Source of the DNA: Heterodontus francisci
Lineage: Eukaryota
Length of the DNA stretch: 64,000 nt
Reading direction: 5' to 3'
Assembly (NCBI RefSeq): GCF_036365525.1
Contig: NC_090384.1
Coordinates: 71,261,715 to 71,325,714 of the forward strand
A program made the position numbers and the translations under genes. This document shows positions 1 to 11,389 of this stretch, piece by piece (position 1 is the first letter of the stretch; every line of letters begins with the position of its first letter). The notes under the pieces were generated by a model that was not told the DNA's origin, did not search any database, and worked only from the letters and a program-made list of their open reading frames with translations.

Positions 1-123
1 TGACTCTACATTGGTTGGACATGTTGAGCATTGAGTCCAATAGGAGTCCTCAGTCTCTACAATTTCATCTTGATCTATTGCATAACTATTCATGAAGTAT
101 GTGTGTTTGCAATGTTACATTTG

Positions 124-1348
124 TGTTATGGCCACGTGGTGAGGTTTGGGACTTTCCCTTTGTTCAACTCCCATCTGCCCGCAGCAGGTGTCTTTTGTTA
201 TGAGGGTTCAACCCCTTTTTGTTTTATTTTTCAAATAAACAGACAGCTGCAGGTTTTCTTGTAGGTTTAAAACAGAAAATTAATTGCTAATCATTATGTC
301 TTATCCCGAATTTGTTGCAACCGCATCCACTCATTCATTTGCTTGCATACACAAACAGAAGAAGAGACAGAGAGAGAGGAAAAAAGGGGTAAGCAATTAT
401 AAGTGGGGGATAGGTTTCAGGGCCGTCACAATAAACTTATTGAATTCTCTTGGAAATCGAGTTCTCATAGGTTGCAGGCCTAAGGTGATTGTACATTTCT
501 CTTGTTGTTGGAAGTTCAGTTGAAGTCAGTGAATCATTTTTAGTTTACTGCTGTATAGTGTCGATGCAGAATTCTACAGCAGAGTACGTGCCTTTTGGTT
601 TGCTGGAAACAAGCTTCTGGATGCTGCTTTTTTTGGTGCCCTTCTCTAGGCTGCTTTTTAATGTAAAGCTGTGTTACTTCTTGCCTTGGCATGTTGATAG
701 TTCTTATTTCGAGAGTGATAGTGGGTAATAAATTGTTTTTTTCACCGCTGTAAGGCCTCTGGGATTTCCTTCTGCCCCTTGTTCTGGCTGAGTTCTGAAT
801 CTAAATTGTTGGGTTTGGTTAGTTTTGGCTTTGAAACCTGATCATTTGATTTTTCAGTGGGTGGATTCACACTGACCTCACTTTTAGTTTTCTTCTGATT
901 TTCAGTTTACGGTATGTTACATTCCATTTTCCTTTTACTTCATAGATAGGGTTTTCTCTAATCTTCCCCATGTCTTCTGGCACCCTACTGCTCGCAGGTA
1001 CACTCTCCTGTGGCACTTCAACTAGGTAAGGCATCTTCCTCACTCTTGGCTTTCCTGTTTGGGAACATTTCTCATTCCTATTTAAATCAGCTAACCATAT
1101 CTTTGGTGTTTTTTCTTCAACCTTTGTCACTTTTAACTTAGCTCCTTTAATTTTTTTTGCTCTATCTGAGCCTTTTTAAATTTTTTCAGGCTCTATCGCA
1201 TCCCCCCTCTCCAACCCATGGGACTTTTGAGACTTCCCTGCCCTCTGCAGTTGTAGAGAGTTTTGTTTGTTCCTCTCGGTTTCTCCAGTAGCAGCTGGTC
1301 TTTATGACTCAGTACTACATCATGAAGCAACCACTGGCAAAATGTAAC
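124..1348 (-). mobile_element. Decayed LTR retrotransposon remnant (LTR-like part plus internal fragment)
   Basis: Begins TGTTATGG and its first ~300 bp resemble the solo LTR at 27616; the rest is degraded Lys/Glu-rich minus-strand coding-like sequence. Boundaries approximate. Confidence 0.4.
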
Positions 1349-1514
1349 TGATATCTCTGACTGAGAAAATCAACCCATCTTTGAAAACAAAGACCTCTTA
1401 TTGTTGAGTTCACTAAAACACTATGAAAAATACCAATATCCACAAACTGCCAACTATATAAAACATCTTATTACCACTCCTCCTCCATAATGGAGTTTTA
1501 ATCCAATTTGTAGT

Positions 1515-2725
1515 TGTGGCTCAGTTAGTAGCATTCATGCCTTTGTGCTAAAAGGTTGTGGGCTCAATTTCCACTCTAGCACTTATAGATAACAATTTAG
1601 GCTGATACTCTAGTGTAGTACTGAGGGATTGCTGCACTGCTGGAGGTGCTGTCCCCTGAGTGAGGTGTTAAACCAAGGCCCTGTCTTCTCCCTCAGGTGG
1701 ATGCAAAAGATCCTATGGCACTATTTTGAAGAAGAGCAAGGGAGTTATCCCTGGTGTCCTGGCCAATATTTATCCCTCAGTCAACATCACAAAAACAGAT
1801 TATCTTGATCGTTATCACATTGCTGATTGTGGGAGCTTGCTGTGCTGTGAAATAGGCTGCTGTATTTTCTACATTATAACAATGACTACGGCCAGGATTT
1901 TACGGTAGGCGGATGGGAGCTGGCCACCAACTGAAAAGTCGGTGGCGAACCCACTTCCACCTCGCCTGGGGATCCGACCCGTATTTTGCGGGTCCCCGGG
2001 CTTCAATTGGCATGAGGCAGGACTTCCACCCACTTGATGTAGGAAGTCCCGCCTAACAGAGATGCCGGCCAATCAGCGGGCTGGCAGCTCTTAGTCCCAG
2101 CGGTACCACTGGGAGCGGTGGCCAATGCTGGGACTGCAGCCCAGCATGAAGGGAAGATGCCTGGGAGCCGGGAAGGCAGGCAAGGTTTCGTTGCCTCGCT
2201 GGGGGTAATCGGTCGGGCCCCGACGAGGCAAGTTTGGTCGATTGGGGGGAAGGGGGGGCGTGTTGGGTCTAGGGGGTGGTTGGGGTAGTGGGGCAGCCCT
2301 CCATTGGGCACAGGGTGCCCGATCATGAGGGCCCCCCCGGGACATTCGAGAGCTGCCTGGTTTTGTCAGGCAGCTTCCTTGGTCCTCGGCTGCCCGACCA
2401 GCCACGCATAAAATCTGCGTGGAGGCAGGCAAAGGCCCTTAAGTGATCATTAAGTGGCCATTTAAGAGCCGTGATTGGCCTGGGGCTGGCAGACCATTTT
2501 ATGCCCCCACCGCCCTACGTAAAGTGGTGGTGGAGGTAGGAGCGGGTCAGGAAGACCTCCCAGAACCTCCCACTTCATTTTACCTGCCACCTGCCACCAT
2601 GCCGCTCTTTGGGGTGGTGTAAAATTCAGCCCTACACTTCAGAAGTACTTCATTGGCTGTAAAGTGCCTTGAAATGTCCTGAGGTCATGAAAGGAGTTAT
2701 ATAAATGCATGTCATTCTTTCTTCC
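1515..2725 (+). mobile_element. Deu-domain SINE (SacSINE/AmnSINE-like) split by a MITE
   Basis: Body gtactgagggattgctgcactg...gagcaagggagttatccctggtgtcctggccaatatttatccctc; the tail gacTAC|acttcagaagtacttcattggctgtaaag rejoins across the MITE. Related copy at about 54415-54875. Confidence 0.7.
1890..2632. mobile_element. PIF/Harbinger-type MITE
   Basis: Imperfect 14-bp TIRs GGCCAGGATTTTAC / GTAAAATTCAGCCC; 3-bp TSD TAC; GC-rich interior shared with other copies. Confidence 0.8.
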
Positions 2726-4352
2726 TTATAATTAAATAAAAGGATTGGATTATGAAGCCATTTTAAAAATTATTTCCTTAAATATATTTTCTAACTCATT
2801 AGACCTGCTGAGTATCTCCAGCATTTTCTGTTGGTATTTCTATTGTAAGATTGACTGTAATTGTGACCTTTATGATGTGTGTCTTCAGTCAGCCCCAGTT
2901 ATAATCTCCCACTGCTCACTTCCATTATCTAATGTATCCCTTACGTTGGGTAAAATCATGGTATAATTGGGATAGTGAACATTTAGGGCAATAAACTTTT
3001 CAAATTATTGAAGTAGTTAATGGACTGCACCTTGGGATTTCTCTATAAATTTGCATTCCACAGAAACAGATATTAAATTACACCTCTGAGGTGTTATAAT
3101 AGTATAACACAGAAGAGACTGTCTATCCAGTTCAATGGAATGTTTTCATGAAGTAATTTACATATAAACAGGTTACTCTGTGACCTCAAGAGGGGGTGTG
3201 TTTGTTATCATATATATATAAAAATGATCAAGTCAGTGATACGAAAAGTCAGGAACACAATTCTTATCTTGCTGTGAGACATTACTAGACTAGAGGTCTG
3301 TGTGGAGTTGCTGTCTATTCTGGATGTGTGTTCGATTATGAGTGAGTAGATTGTTTTTGTATATTGATTCTAGTAGAGGAATGTAACAAACTTTTAAATT
3401 GAAGAAGTTGCAAAGCAAATGCTGACTAGGCTCTTAGACGTGAAGCTAAACAGTGTGAGAGAATTGCACAGAAAAGAAATTCCTTCCTTTCCAAAGGTAC
3501 CATCAGAATTTGGTTTGCTCATGATTCCTTGTTTGCTTTTTTAGCCAGCAAATTAACTCATTCAAAATAAGTGGATAAAAGCATGTATTAAAACAATGTA
3601 GAAAATAATGCCATTGAACAAATTATAGTCTAAAAATTGGATTGCATCAGGCTACTGGTGCAGAGTGGGCGCAGTGAATGATCCCAATTTGAAATGGGTA
3701 GAGCTGAGACACACGCAATATTGGGCCTCATTTCAGCCAACTGCTGGGCTCTCTTCGGAAGCTCGCTGGTGAAGAGGATTTCAATTTCCAGGTTGGGAGG
3801 GGTGGGGGCAGCGACCGGGAGGTAGGGGGCAATTGGGAGAGGGAGGCGATCAGGAGAGAGAAGGGATGATTGGGATGGGGAAGAGATTGGGGTGGGGGGG
3901 TTGGATGATGAAGAGAGATTGGGAAATGATTGGAAGAGCGAGGGGGTGAAATCACCAGATCAACCTTGAAAATATTTGTATATTTCACTATTATTTTAAA
4001 ACAGGCTTGAACTGATTTATCTTAATAAGTTATCCCACTAAAATAGTGGACAGTGGAATACTGTGCAAATGGGTTAAGCATTGTCTGCCGCCATTGCCTA
4101 CAATCGTTTCTGGCTTTAATATCTCTTCAGTAAAGAAAATCTATTTGGGGTACATAAATTAATCTGTTTAACTACATTTTGCAGCATCATGTTAGAATAT
4201 TTTGGCTACTACAGCTATTCAACAGACCAAACTCGTTTCATCCCTTTGACCTCACCATTTCTTTATGGGCATTTGGAACTCTCCTGCCAAGAGAACCATG
4301 GAAGTAAGATCAATCTAGTCTTTTTTCATATTTAGATAGTAATCAGGTTCAG

Positions 4353-4805
4353 GCCTGATACACTCGGACTTTTGTGTTCCGTGTCAGTGCGCCATTTTCC
4401 CACACTCTCTTGGCCAGTCTGAATCAGACCCACCGGCCGTCCATGTCTCCGTTATAAAGACGTCTGCAAACGCGACATGAAATCGTGTGACATTGATCAC
4501 AAGTCGTGGGAGTCAGTTGCCAGCATTCGCCAGAGCTGGCGGGCAGCCATAAAGACAGGGCTAAATTGTGGCGAGTCGAAGAGACTTAGTAGTTGGCAGG
4601 AAAAAAGACAGAGGCGCAAGGGGAGAGCCAACTGTGCAACAGCCCCAACAAACAAATTTCTCTGCAGCACCTGTGGAAGAGCCTGTTACTCCAGAATTGG
4701 CCTTTATAGCCACTCCAGGCGCTGCTTCACAAACCACTGACCACCTCCAGGCGCGTATCCATTGTCTCTCGAGATAAGGAGGCCCAAAAGAAAGAAGAAA
4801 GAAGA
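4353..4805 (+). mobile_element. RTE-clade LINE 3' end with 5' inversion
   Basis: C-terminal RPTGRPCLRYKDVCKRDM...CSTCGRACYSRIGLYSH, GAA-repeat tail, 12-bp TSD AATCAGGTTCAG (4341-4352 and 4806-4817). Confidence 0.85.
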
Positions 4806-5145
4806 AATCAGGTTCAGATAGAGAGAGATACAGCACTGAAACAGACCCTTTGGCCCACCGAGTCTTAAGGCATCTTGACAAACACATGAATAGGATGAGA
4901 ATAGAGGGATACAGTCCCTGGAAGTGCAGAAGGTTTTAGTTTAGGCAGGCATCAAGATCGGCGCAGGCTTGAAGCGCCTTGGGATGTTTTAGTACATTAA
5001 AAGTGTTATATAAATACAAGCTGTTGTTGTAAAATGATTTTTGTATTCCAGTGTAAATGATGATGGTTAAGAAAGTGCCAAAGTTGAATTTTGGTATATT
5101 TGCATATAAATGTTATGTGTTGACATAAGCTGTGATTTGCTTCAG

Positions 5146-5379
5146 TTTCTGATGTATCCTGGACCACAGGTGTTCCTGAGCAGTGGAGCAATTTGCAGGT
5201 TTGGGAATGGCTACAGTTCTGCTGTGATCAGTAAAAACTAGATGCAAACTCCATTCCCTTCGCTGAGTTCAATATTAATGGCAGTCAGCTTTGCAGCATG
5301 AGTCAGCAGCAGTTTATCAGCATAGCTGGGCATTATGGAGAGATCCTTCACAAGATTCTGCAGCAGATAAAAGACAGAG
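5146..5379 (+). CDS. ELF5: ELF5-like exon, Pointed/SAM domain (234 nt, phase 1/1, internal TAA)
   Basis: ttgcttcAG|...AGA G|GTTAG; translates [76 protein letters not shown], against the recalled ELF5 motif [15 protein letters not shown]...FNISGLQLCSM. Confidence 0.9.
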
Positions 5380-5810
5380 GTTAGAGCTATCATCTTTGTT
5401 TTACATGAAGTTCAACAGTTAGAAAAAACAAAATTGACAGTCATAACAAAGGACACGGCAAAAAGCTTCTTCTCGTGGTACTTTCAGTTAACTCACTGGG
5501 AAAATACACTGCCTGATGTGATGTTGTGAGCTATGCAGACCAGAAATATCACAGCTTTGATTCTTGGTCTATGCTACGTTGGCTGATCATAGCCATGGCA
5601 ATGTTAGGGGAACTACAATTGACTTTAATGACCTCTGGAATGTCAGGAGGAAAATTAGCTCAGGTTCCTGATTCTGATCACTATATGGCGACCCTGCTGA
5701 AAAGTGTGTTTGTGTGGGTGTCAGGTGAGGACAGAAGTGAGTTCAGCTGTGATACACCACCCCGGCCCATCATGGTTGAGGAATCGGCTGAGCCTCACTA
5801 CCTAGATTCA

Positions 5811-6570
5811 CATAACTATACAGTAAATGGAAAAGTCCTGGGAAAATTGATGGACAGAGAGATTTGGGTGTTCAGGTCCATTGTTCCCTGAAGGTGGCAA
5901 CGCAGGTCAATAGAGTGGTCAAGAAGGCATACGGCATGCTTTCCTTCATCGGACGGGGTATTGAGTACAAGAGTTGGCAGGTCATGTTACAGTTGTATAA
6001 GACTTTGGTTCGGCCACATTTGGAATACTGCGTGCAGTTCTGGTCGCCACATTACCAAAAGGATGTAGATGCTTTGGAAAGGGTACAGAGGAGGTTCACC
6101 AGGATGTTGCCTGGTATGGAGGGCGCTATCTATGAAGAGAGGTTGAGTAGATTAGGATTATTTTCATTAGAAAGACGGAGGTTGAGGGGGGACCTGATTG
6201 AGGTGTACAAAATCATGAGAGGTATAGACAGGGTGGATAGCAAGAAGCTTTTTCCCAGAGTGGGGGATTCAATTACTAGGGGTCACGAGTTCAAAGTGAG
6301 AGGGGAAAAGTTTAGGGGGGATATGCGTGGAAAGTTCTTTACGCAGAGGGTGGTGGGTGCCTGGAACGCATTGCCAGCGGAGGTGGTAGACGCGGGCACG
6401 ATAGCGTCTTTTAAGATGTATCTAGACAGATACATGAATGGGCAGGAAGCAAAGAGATACAGACCCTTAGAAAATAGGCGACATGTTTAGATAGAGGATC
6501 TGGATCGGCGCAGGCTTGGAGGGCCGAAGGGCCTGTTCCTGTGCTGTAATTTTCTTTGTTCTTTGTTCTT
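5811..6570 (+). mobile_element. CR1/HER1 LINE, 5'-truncated 3' end
   Basis: ORF 5864-6490 with LVRPHLEYCVQFWSPH...LERVQRRFTRM...RLRGDLIEVYKIM; TTCTTTG-repeat tail. Confidence 0.92.
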
Positions 6571-7242
6571 TATTAGAAGAAAGGCCACCAAGTTGAAGCA
6601 CTGAAAGATTGCTGTGCTAGCAATCTTTTAGCAGACTGGGGGAGAAAACTGGAGAAAAAGGATTCTTCCATTTTTGACCCAGTCACCTGGAAGGTTACCA
6701 TAGGAAAACAATAGAACATATCAGGGAAAGCTGGAGATATACACAATGGCTCTGCTCACATCAATACAACAGAATTTTTCCCTCAACATCTGTCATTCAA
6801 ATTTCACATTCAAAACATTTTTGTACCACACTGCCAATTTTCTTTTGGCCAATGCTTCTTGGTAACATTTACTGACTTCTGTGCTTATTGCAGTGTGAAT
6901 GGGAATCATTCTTCAAGCCTTGTGTATTCCACTTCAGCAGCAAGGGCAAAAATATTTTCAGGACCTGTTGTCAATGCCATGTAATCTGCAGACAATGGGT
7001 TGAATTTTACTTGTAAGTTGCAGGTCCCGACATCAGGACCAGAAACAGGTGCGCCTTCTGTTTGAGGCAATGAGCAACCAGCTGATCACGATAAAGTGGC
7101 GGGTGGACAATTAAGAGTCAGGAGGCGCGGGGCCATTCAGTGAGAGGACGGAGGTGGGAGTGGAGGTGGTGAAGGCGGCATCGGATGGCATCGCAGAAGC
7201 TCCTGGCGCTGTATTTAAAGGGCTGCCAGCCCTGCATTCAAT

Positions 7243-7330
7243 GCTGTCTGCTGTTCCAGAGCCCCTGTCTGACTACTGCCTGCTTTCCAGAGCCCCTGTC
7301 TGACTGCTGCCTGCTGTTCCAGAGCCCCTG
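7243..7330 (+). repeat. Three copies of a ~31-bp tandem repeat
   Basis: ctg(c/t)ctgct(g)ttccagagcccctg(tctgact) repeated three times inside the Harbinger 5' region. Confidence 0.85.
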
Positions 7331-7795
7331 CATTCAGTACTGCCAAGGATCTGATCGGAAGCCTGCAGGCAGAATGGCAGGATGAAGACCTCAGGTGGCC
7401 CCATAGTACAGTGATGCCTCCCTCCAGACTCTGCTCCAGGCTGCAAAGGAAAGGTGGGAGATCCTCTTCCCCAAGGATGGGAGGAGTGACCAGCCTGCCT
7501 GACCAAGCAAGCCTGGATGCAGATAGTGGAGCAGGTTAGTAGCCATGGGGTCACCCCAGGACCTGGATCCTCTGCTGGAAAAGGGTCAATGACCAGATCT
7601 GGTCTGCCAAGGTGTGTGCGCCATACACTTCCCACCCTTTGGGCCTAGTTTGTGTCAGAACGAGAGGGTGCATTTGGTGGAGAGGGAGTGACAACCCAGC
7701 CGTTGACAATTGTGTTAGGGAGTCAGAAATCTTGCCTGAGGCATGGCTGTATATCAGTGAGAGGTGGCCTTCTGTCAGTGCATTCCCCTGCATAG

Positions 7796-8588
7796 CGTGA
7801 TGGAATCTGTGGTTGCAAAGCTTGTTTTTTTTCAGACCCTAACTGAGAGCGAAAATAGAATTGAAACAAAAATGGAACCTAAAAGCTGAAACAGGAGCTG
7901 GAAAAACAACTTCTGACTTCCAGGGAAACTGACACTGGTTAGAACCAGATAAAAGGAGACAGAGTCCTCCCCACTTCAGGCAGGAATGGAGCACCAGCAA
8001 ACAGAATAAAGTGGAGACTGAATCCAGGAGCTGTTTCTGTTACTTAAAGTAGCCAATTAATCAGACCTGGCCTTCCAGTGCACAGGTTGTCACTGAAAGA
8101 CTCAGATAAAGGGAAGACTAGTACATCCATGACATCAAGACTACCATGAGCAGAGCTGAGGTGGTTCTGGAGAAGTGCACCTTGTCGTGAAGACCGCACC
8201 GTGGAGTTCAGATTGAGAGGGAACTGCTGTTGGAAGAAGAACAATGGCTAAATTCTTGAAGAAAAGAACTGAAACTCTACCTGAGGAACTTCAGAGCTGT
8301 GAAGAACTGTGCAACTGTAATTGTTGCCATATATGCTGAGTGGACTGCCCAATAAAACAATGAGACACATCTCTGTTGTATCTGATAATTAAGGTGTAAT
8401 TTGTAATATATATGTTGACTGTAATCTGTCTGTTGCTTCATATTTAATTTATGTTGGTTTTAGTTTGAGTGTTAAAGTAAAATTTACAGAAGTGAAATCT
8501 TGTCCTTTTGGTTTGGTTTCCTAAATTGGAGTCAGTTGGCGGATTCGATTCTTTTTGTTTGTTGGTGGTCTCCTTGGGGATCATAACA
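7796..8588 (+). mobile_element. Solo LTR inserted in the Harbinger element
   Basis: (C)GTGATG...CATAACA termini with 4-bp TSD ATAG (7792-7795 and 8589-8592); internal AATAAA. Confidence 0.75.
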
Positions 8589-11389
8589 ATAGTCCCTCGT
8601 CAGTTGCTGCATGCAGGAGGCATTTGCGTGCCCCCACCATAGGCTGCTGAACTACCACCAGCATAGATGCTGTGCCTGTCCCCACTGGTAGAATAACATT
8701 GCATCCCTTTGCATTCGCAGGAGAGGACAGCGCACAACAGAAAGGAACGGGCCAAAACTAGTGGTGATGTGCCTTATCTGCATGTTCTGAGCCCAATGTA
8801 AGAGAAGGAGATGGAACTGGCATGGCAGCAAGGCGGCCGCTCCATAGCAAATGGCGAGTCAGTAACATCCACCCAAGAGAGTGAGTGCAGATGTCCTGGG
8901 ACACAAGGGTGTATGTGGCACAAACTAGCCATGGTGCCCATGTGTCCACCACTGGATACATGGAGCTCCACAGTACGGGTGGTTGGCAGGTCAGCAGGGA
9001 GGTACAAGTGTGCCTTGCAAGGGAGGAGGTGCGGCTGGGCTCCCGCATCTGGGGTTTCCTTTCAGGGTGCTCCTGGTGTGGCCAACAACTCATCAGCCCC
9101 TCTGCCAGTGATGCCAGCACCACCATCTTCCCCAATGATAGAGAAGGCTCCAGCATCTGTCAGGAGCCCCTCGGTATGCAGGGGTCCTCGAGGCATCTGG
9201 CAGCCAGAGGATGGCTGCCAATGTTATCTCATGCCATGGGACTTCAAGGCCAGTAGTCTGTCTCCACCTCAGCGGACAGCACAGGGGGAGCACCATGTGG
9301 GAGTACCTGCAAAAGATTTAAAAAGAAGACTTAGATGCATTTAGGGGTTCGCGGGTGAAGGTATATTCCAGACAAAAGGGGTTGGTTTGGGTGTGATGCA
9401 GAATAAAAATATGCGTTGTTCTCACTACGTCTCCTTCCTATTGTTGATGTCGATGGCGACTTAATGTAGATCCTGCCTCTCAAGGGGTTGGACATGAGTG
9501 CCCAAGGCGTGAATGCTCCATGCTTTGGCCTTGCCACTGTGCAATGTGCAACTGGGCATTGGGCACTGGAGTGCAGAAGGAAGAAGGCGACAACAGGGCT
9601 GCTTAAAGATAAGGCTTTATTGATGTAGGTCCAGAAGGTGGTAAGGGTCATAGGAAACAAGAATGTATAAGGTGTCTCGTGTCTCCCTTGCATATATCTC
9701 ATGGCACCTTTCCTACTGTTCCTGCGGTCCTTCATCTTGCAATGCCAGGGCAGCATCCTCCTCTGCATCCTTGTCATTGGAGGAGGCATTGCACTCCACA
9801 ATATCCTCAGTGCTCAACGCCTCCCTCCTCTGAAGCGCAGTGCACAGCAGACAACCACGATACACAAAACCTTCACAGAGGAGTACAGAAGAGCTCCGCC
9901 AGAGGCAATGGAATCTCATCTTGAGCAGACCAATGGCCTGCTCGAAGGTCACTGGCGTTGTCCCATGGCAGATGTTGTACCTCTCCTCTGCATTAATGCA
10001 TGGGTTCCTCGCAGGTGTCAGTAGCCATGTTCTCAGTGGGTAGCCCTTGTTTCCAAGGATCAACCCCTGAAAGCGTGCTGGGGACAGAAATGTACTGGAA
10101 CCTGGGACTGGTGAAGTATTTGGCATCGTGGCTGCTTCCCAGGTACCGTGCAAAAACCTGAAAGATCTATTTGCGGTGGTCACAGACCGGTTGAACATTG
10201 AGGGAGTGGAAGCCTCATGCACCTTTTCCCCCACTCCTGACAGCAATTCCCGATGCATGCCTTCCTCCACCCTCACTGCCAAGCGATGCTGCCGCTCTCA
10301 ATGGGTTCCCAGTGAAGCCAACACTGAGCTCCCACTCGTTGTGCTACCTGCCTAGTTTCTGGAATGGTCTGAACTTCTCCAGCTCCCTCTCCAATGCAGT
10401 ACTGTCTTTTGGATGAAATGATAGACAGGATAAAACATAGAACATGCATGTACACAAATCCCTTCATGGCTTCAGGATGTCCCAAAGCACTTCACGGCCA
10501 TGAGGTGTAATCACTGTGTCTTATTGGCAAACAGAGCAGCACAGCAAAATCATCACAAATAGCAATTGAGATAAAGGACAAGCAAACTTGTTTTAGTTGA
10601 GCGATTAACATTGGCAGGACATCAGGAGTACCCTTGCTCTCCTTCAAATTGTGCCATAGGATATTTTTACATCCATTTGAACAGACAGACAGGATCTTAT
10701 ATTTATTGTATAAGATGACTGTCAGGAGGTGGCTCTCTGCAGTATTCTAATAAAGAGGTGGAGGAACATTGGAAGCTTCAGCTGAGCAACACCGTCACTG
10801 TCTTTCCCAGCCCTGTGGTGCATGTTAGCTACAGGTGTCCTCACAGTAGATGGCACAGCTCTACTGTTGACCCAGACCCTGTGAAGACAGCTTCCCATGT
10901 TTATTTCCAAATAATTATAACCAAACAGACTATGCCAGCTTTTGACATTGTTATGAAAGTGATTCTCTTTCTGTTCATTGTATTTTTTGAGGAATTCATA
11001 GACAAACTGAAGAAATGTTGGACTAGTTTTTTCCAACAGGGTCATCAAGAGGACACTGAAGGGACTTGTTTGACAACAACATATACTGGTTGTCACATGA
11101 CTCAAGTTAAAAATAGAACAGAAACCCTGGTAATTGTGGAAGATGTGCTCAGAGAAGTGACAGGTCAGAAGGTGGACTTACTGTTTTTAGTTTCTCTTTT
11201 GATTTGTTTGGAGTTGGGAATGAACTGTTGAAAAGGGGTTGGAGTTTTAAAAAATAAAACTGAAGGACAGAACCCCAGCTCAACCCAGTCTGTTCCATCT
11301 CTTTAAAAAGCCTGCAAAAGAAGAAGAGAACTTCCAATACACAATGTATTCTGCAGTCACCTCCTCTCCTCAACTATATGTGTATCCCA

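Larger units (their letters stand above)
6997..10320. mobile_element. Decayed autonomous-type PIF/Harbinger transposon: Myb/SANT gene (+, about 7374-7611 onward) convergent with a HARBI1-like DDE transposase (-, about 9713-10320)
   Basis: Left TIR GGGTTGAATTTTAC; + strand DASLQTLLQAAKERWEILFP...TKQAWMQIVEQV...RTWILCWKRVND with stops and a frameshift; - strand ILGNKGYPLRTWLLTP...EERYN..H...EQAIGLLKMRFHCL. Right TIR not seen. Confidence 0.85.

Noticed and set aside
2889-3171. Possible decayed first coding exon of ELF5 (HCSLPLSNVSL; ...ACA G|GTTAC donor)
   Set aside because: Only faint resemblance to the ELF5 N-terminus, with several stops; cannot be separated from chance.
9713-10282. Domesticated HARBI1 or MSANTD/NAIF1 host genes
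   Set aside because: Stops, frameshifts, internal deletions, loss of a catalytic Asp and an adjacent TIR indicate dead transposon copies.
10722-11231. 157-aa and 127-aa ORFs as host exons
   Set aside because: The minus strand looks like a very old RT fragment; no convincing splice sites or host-gene similarity.
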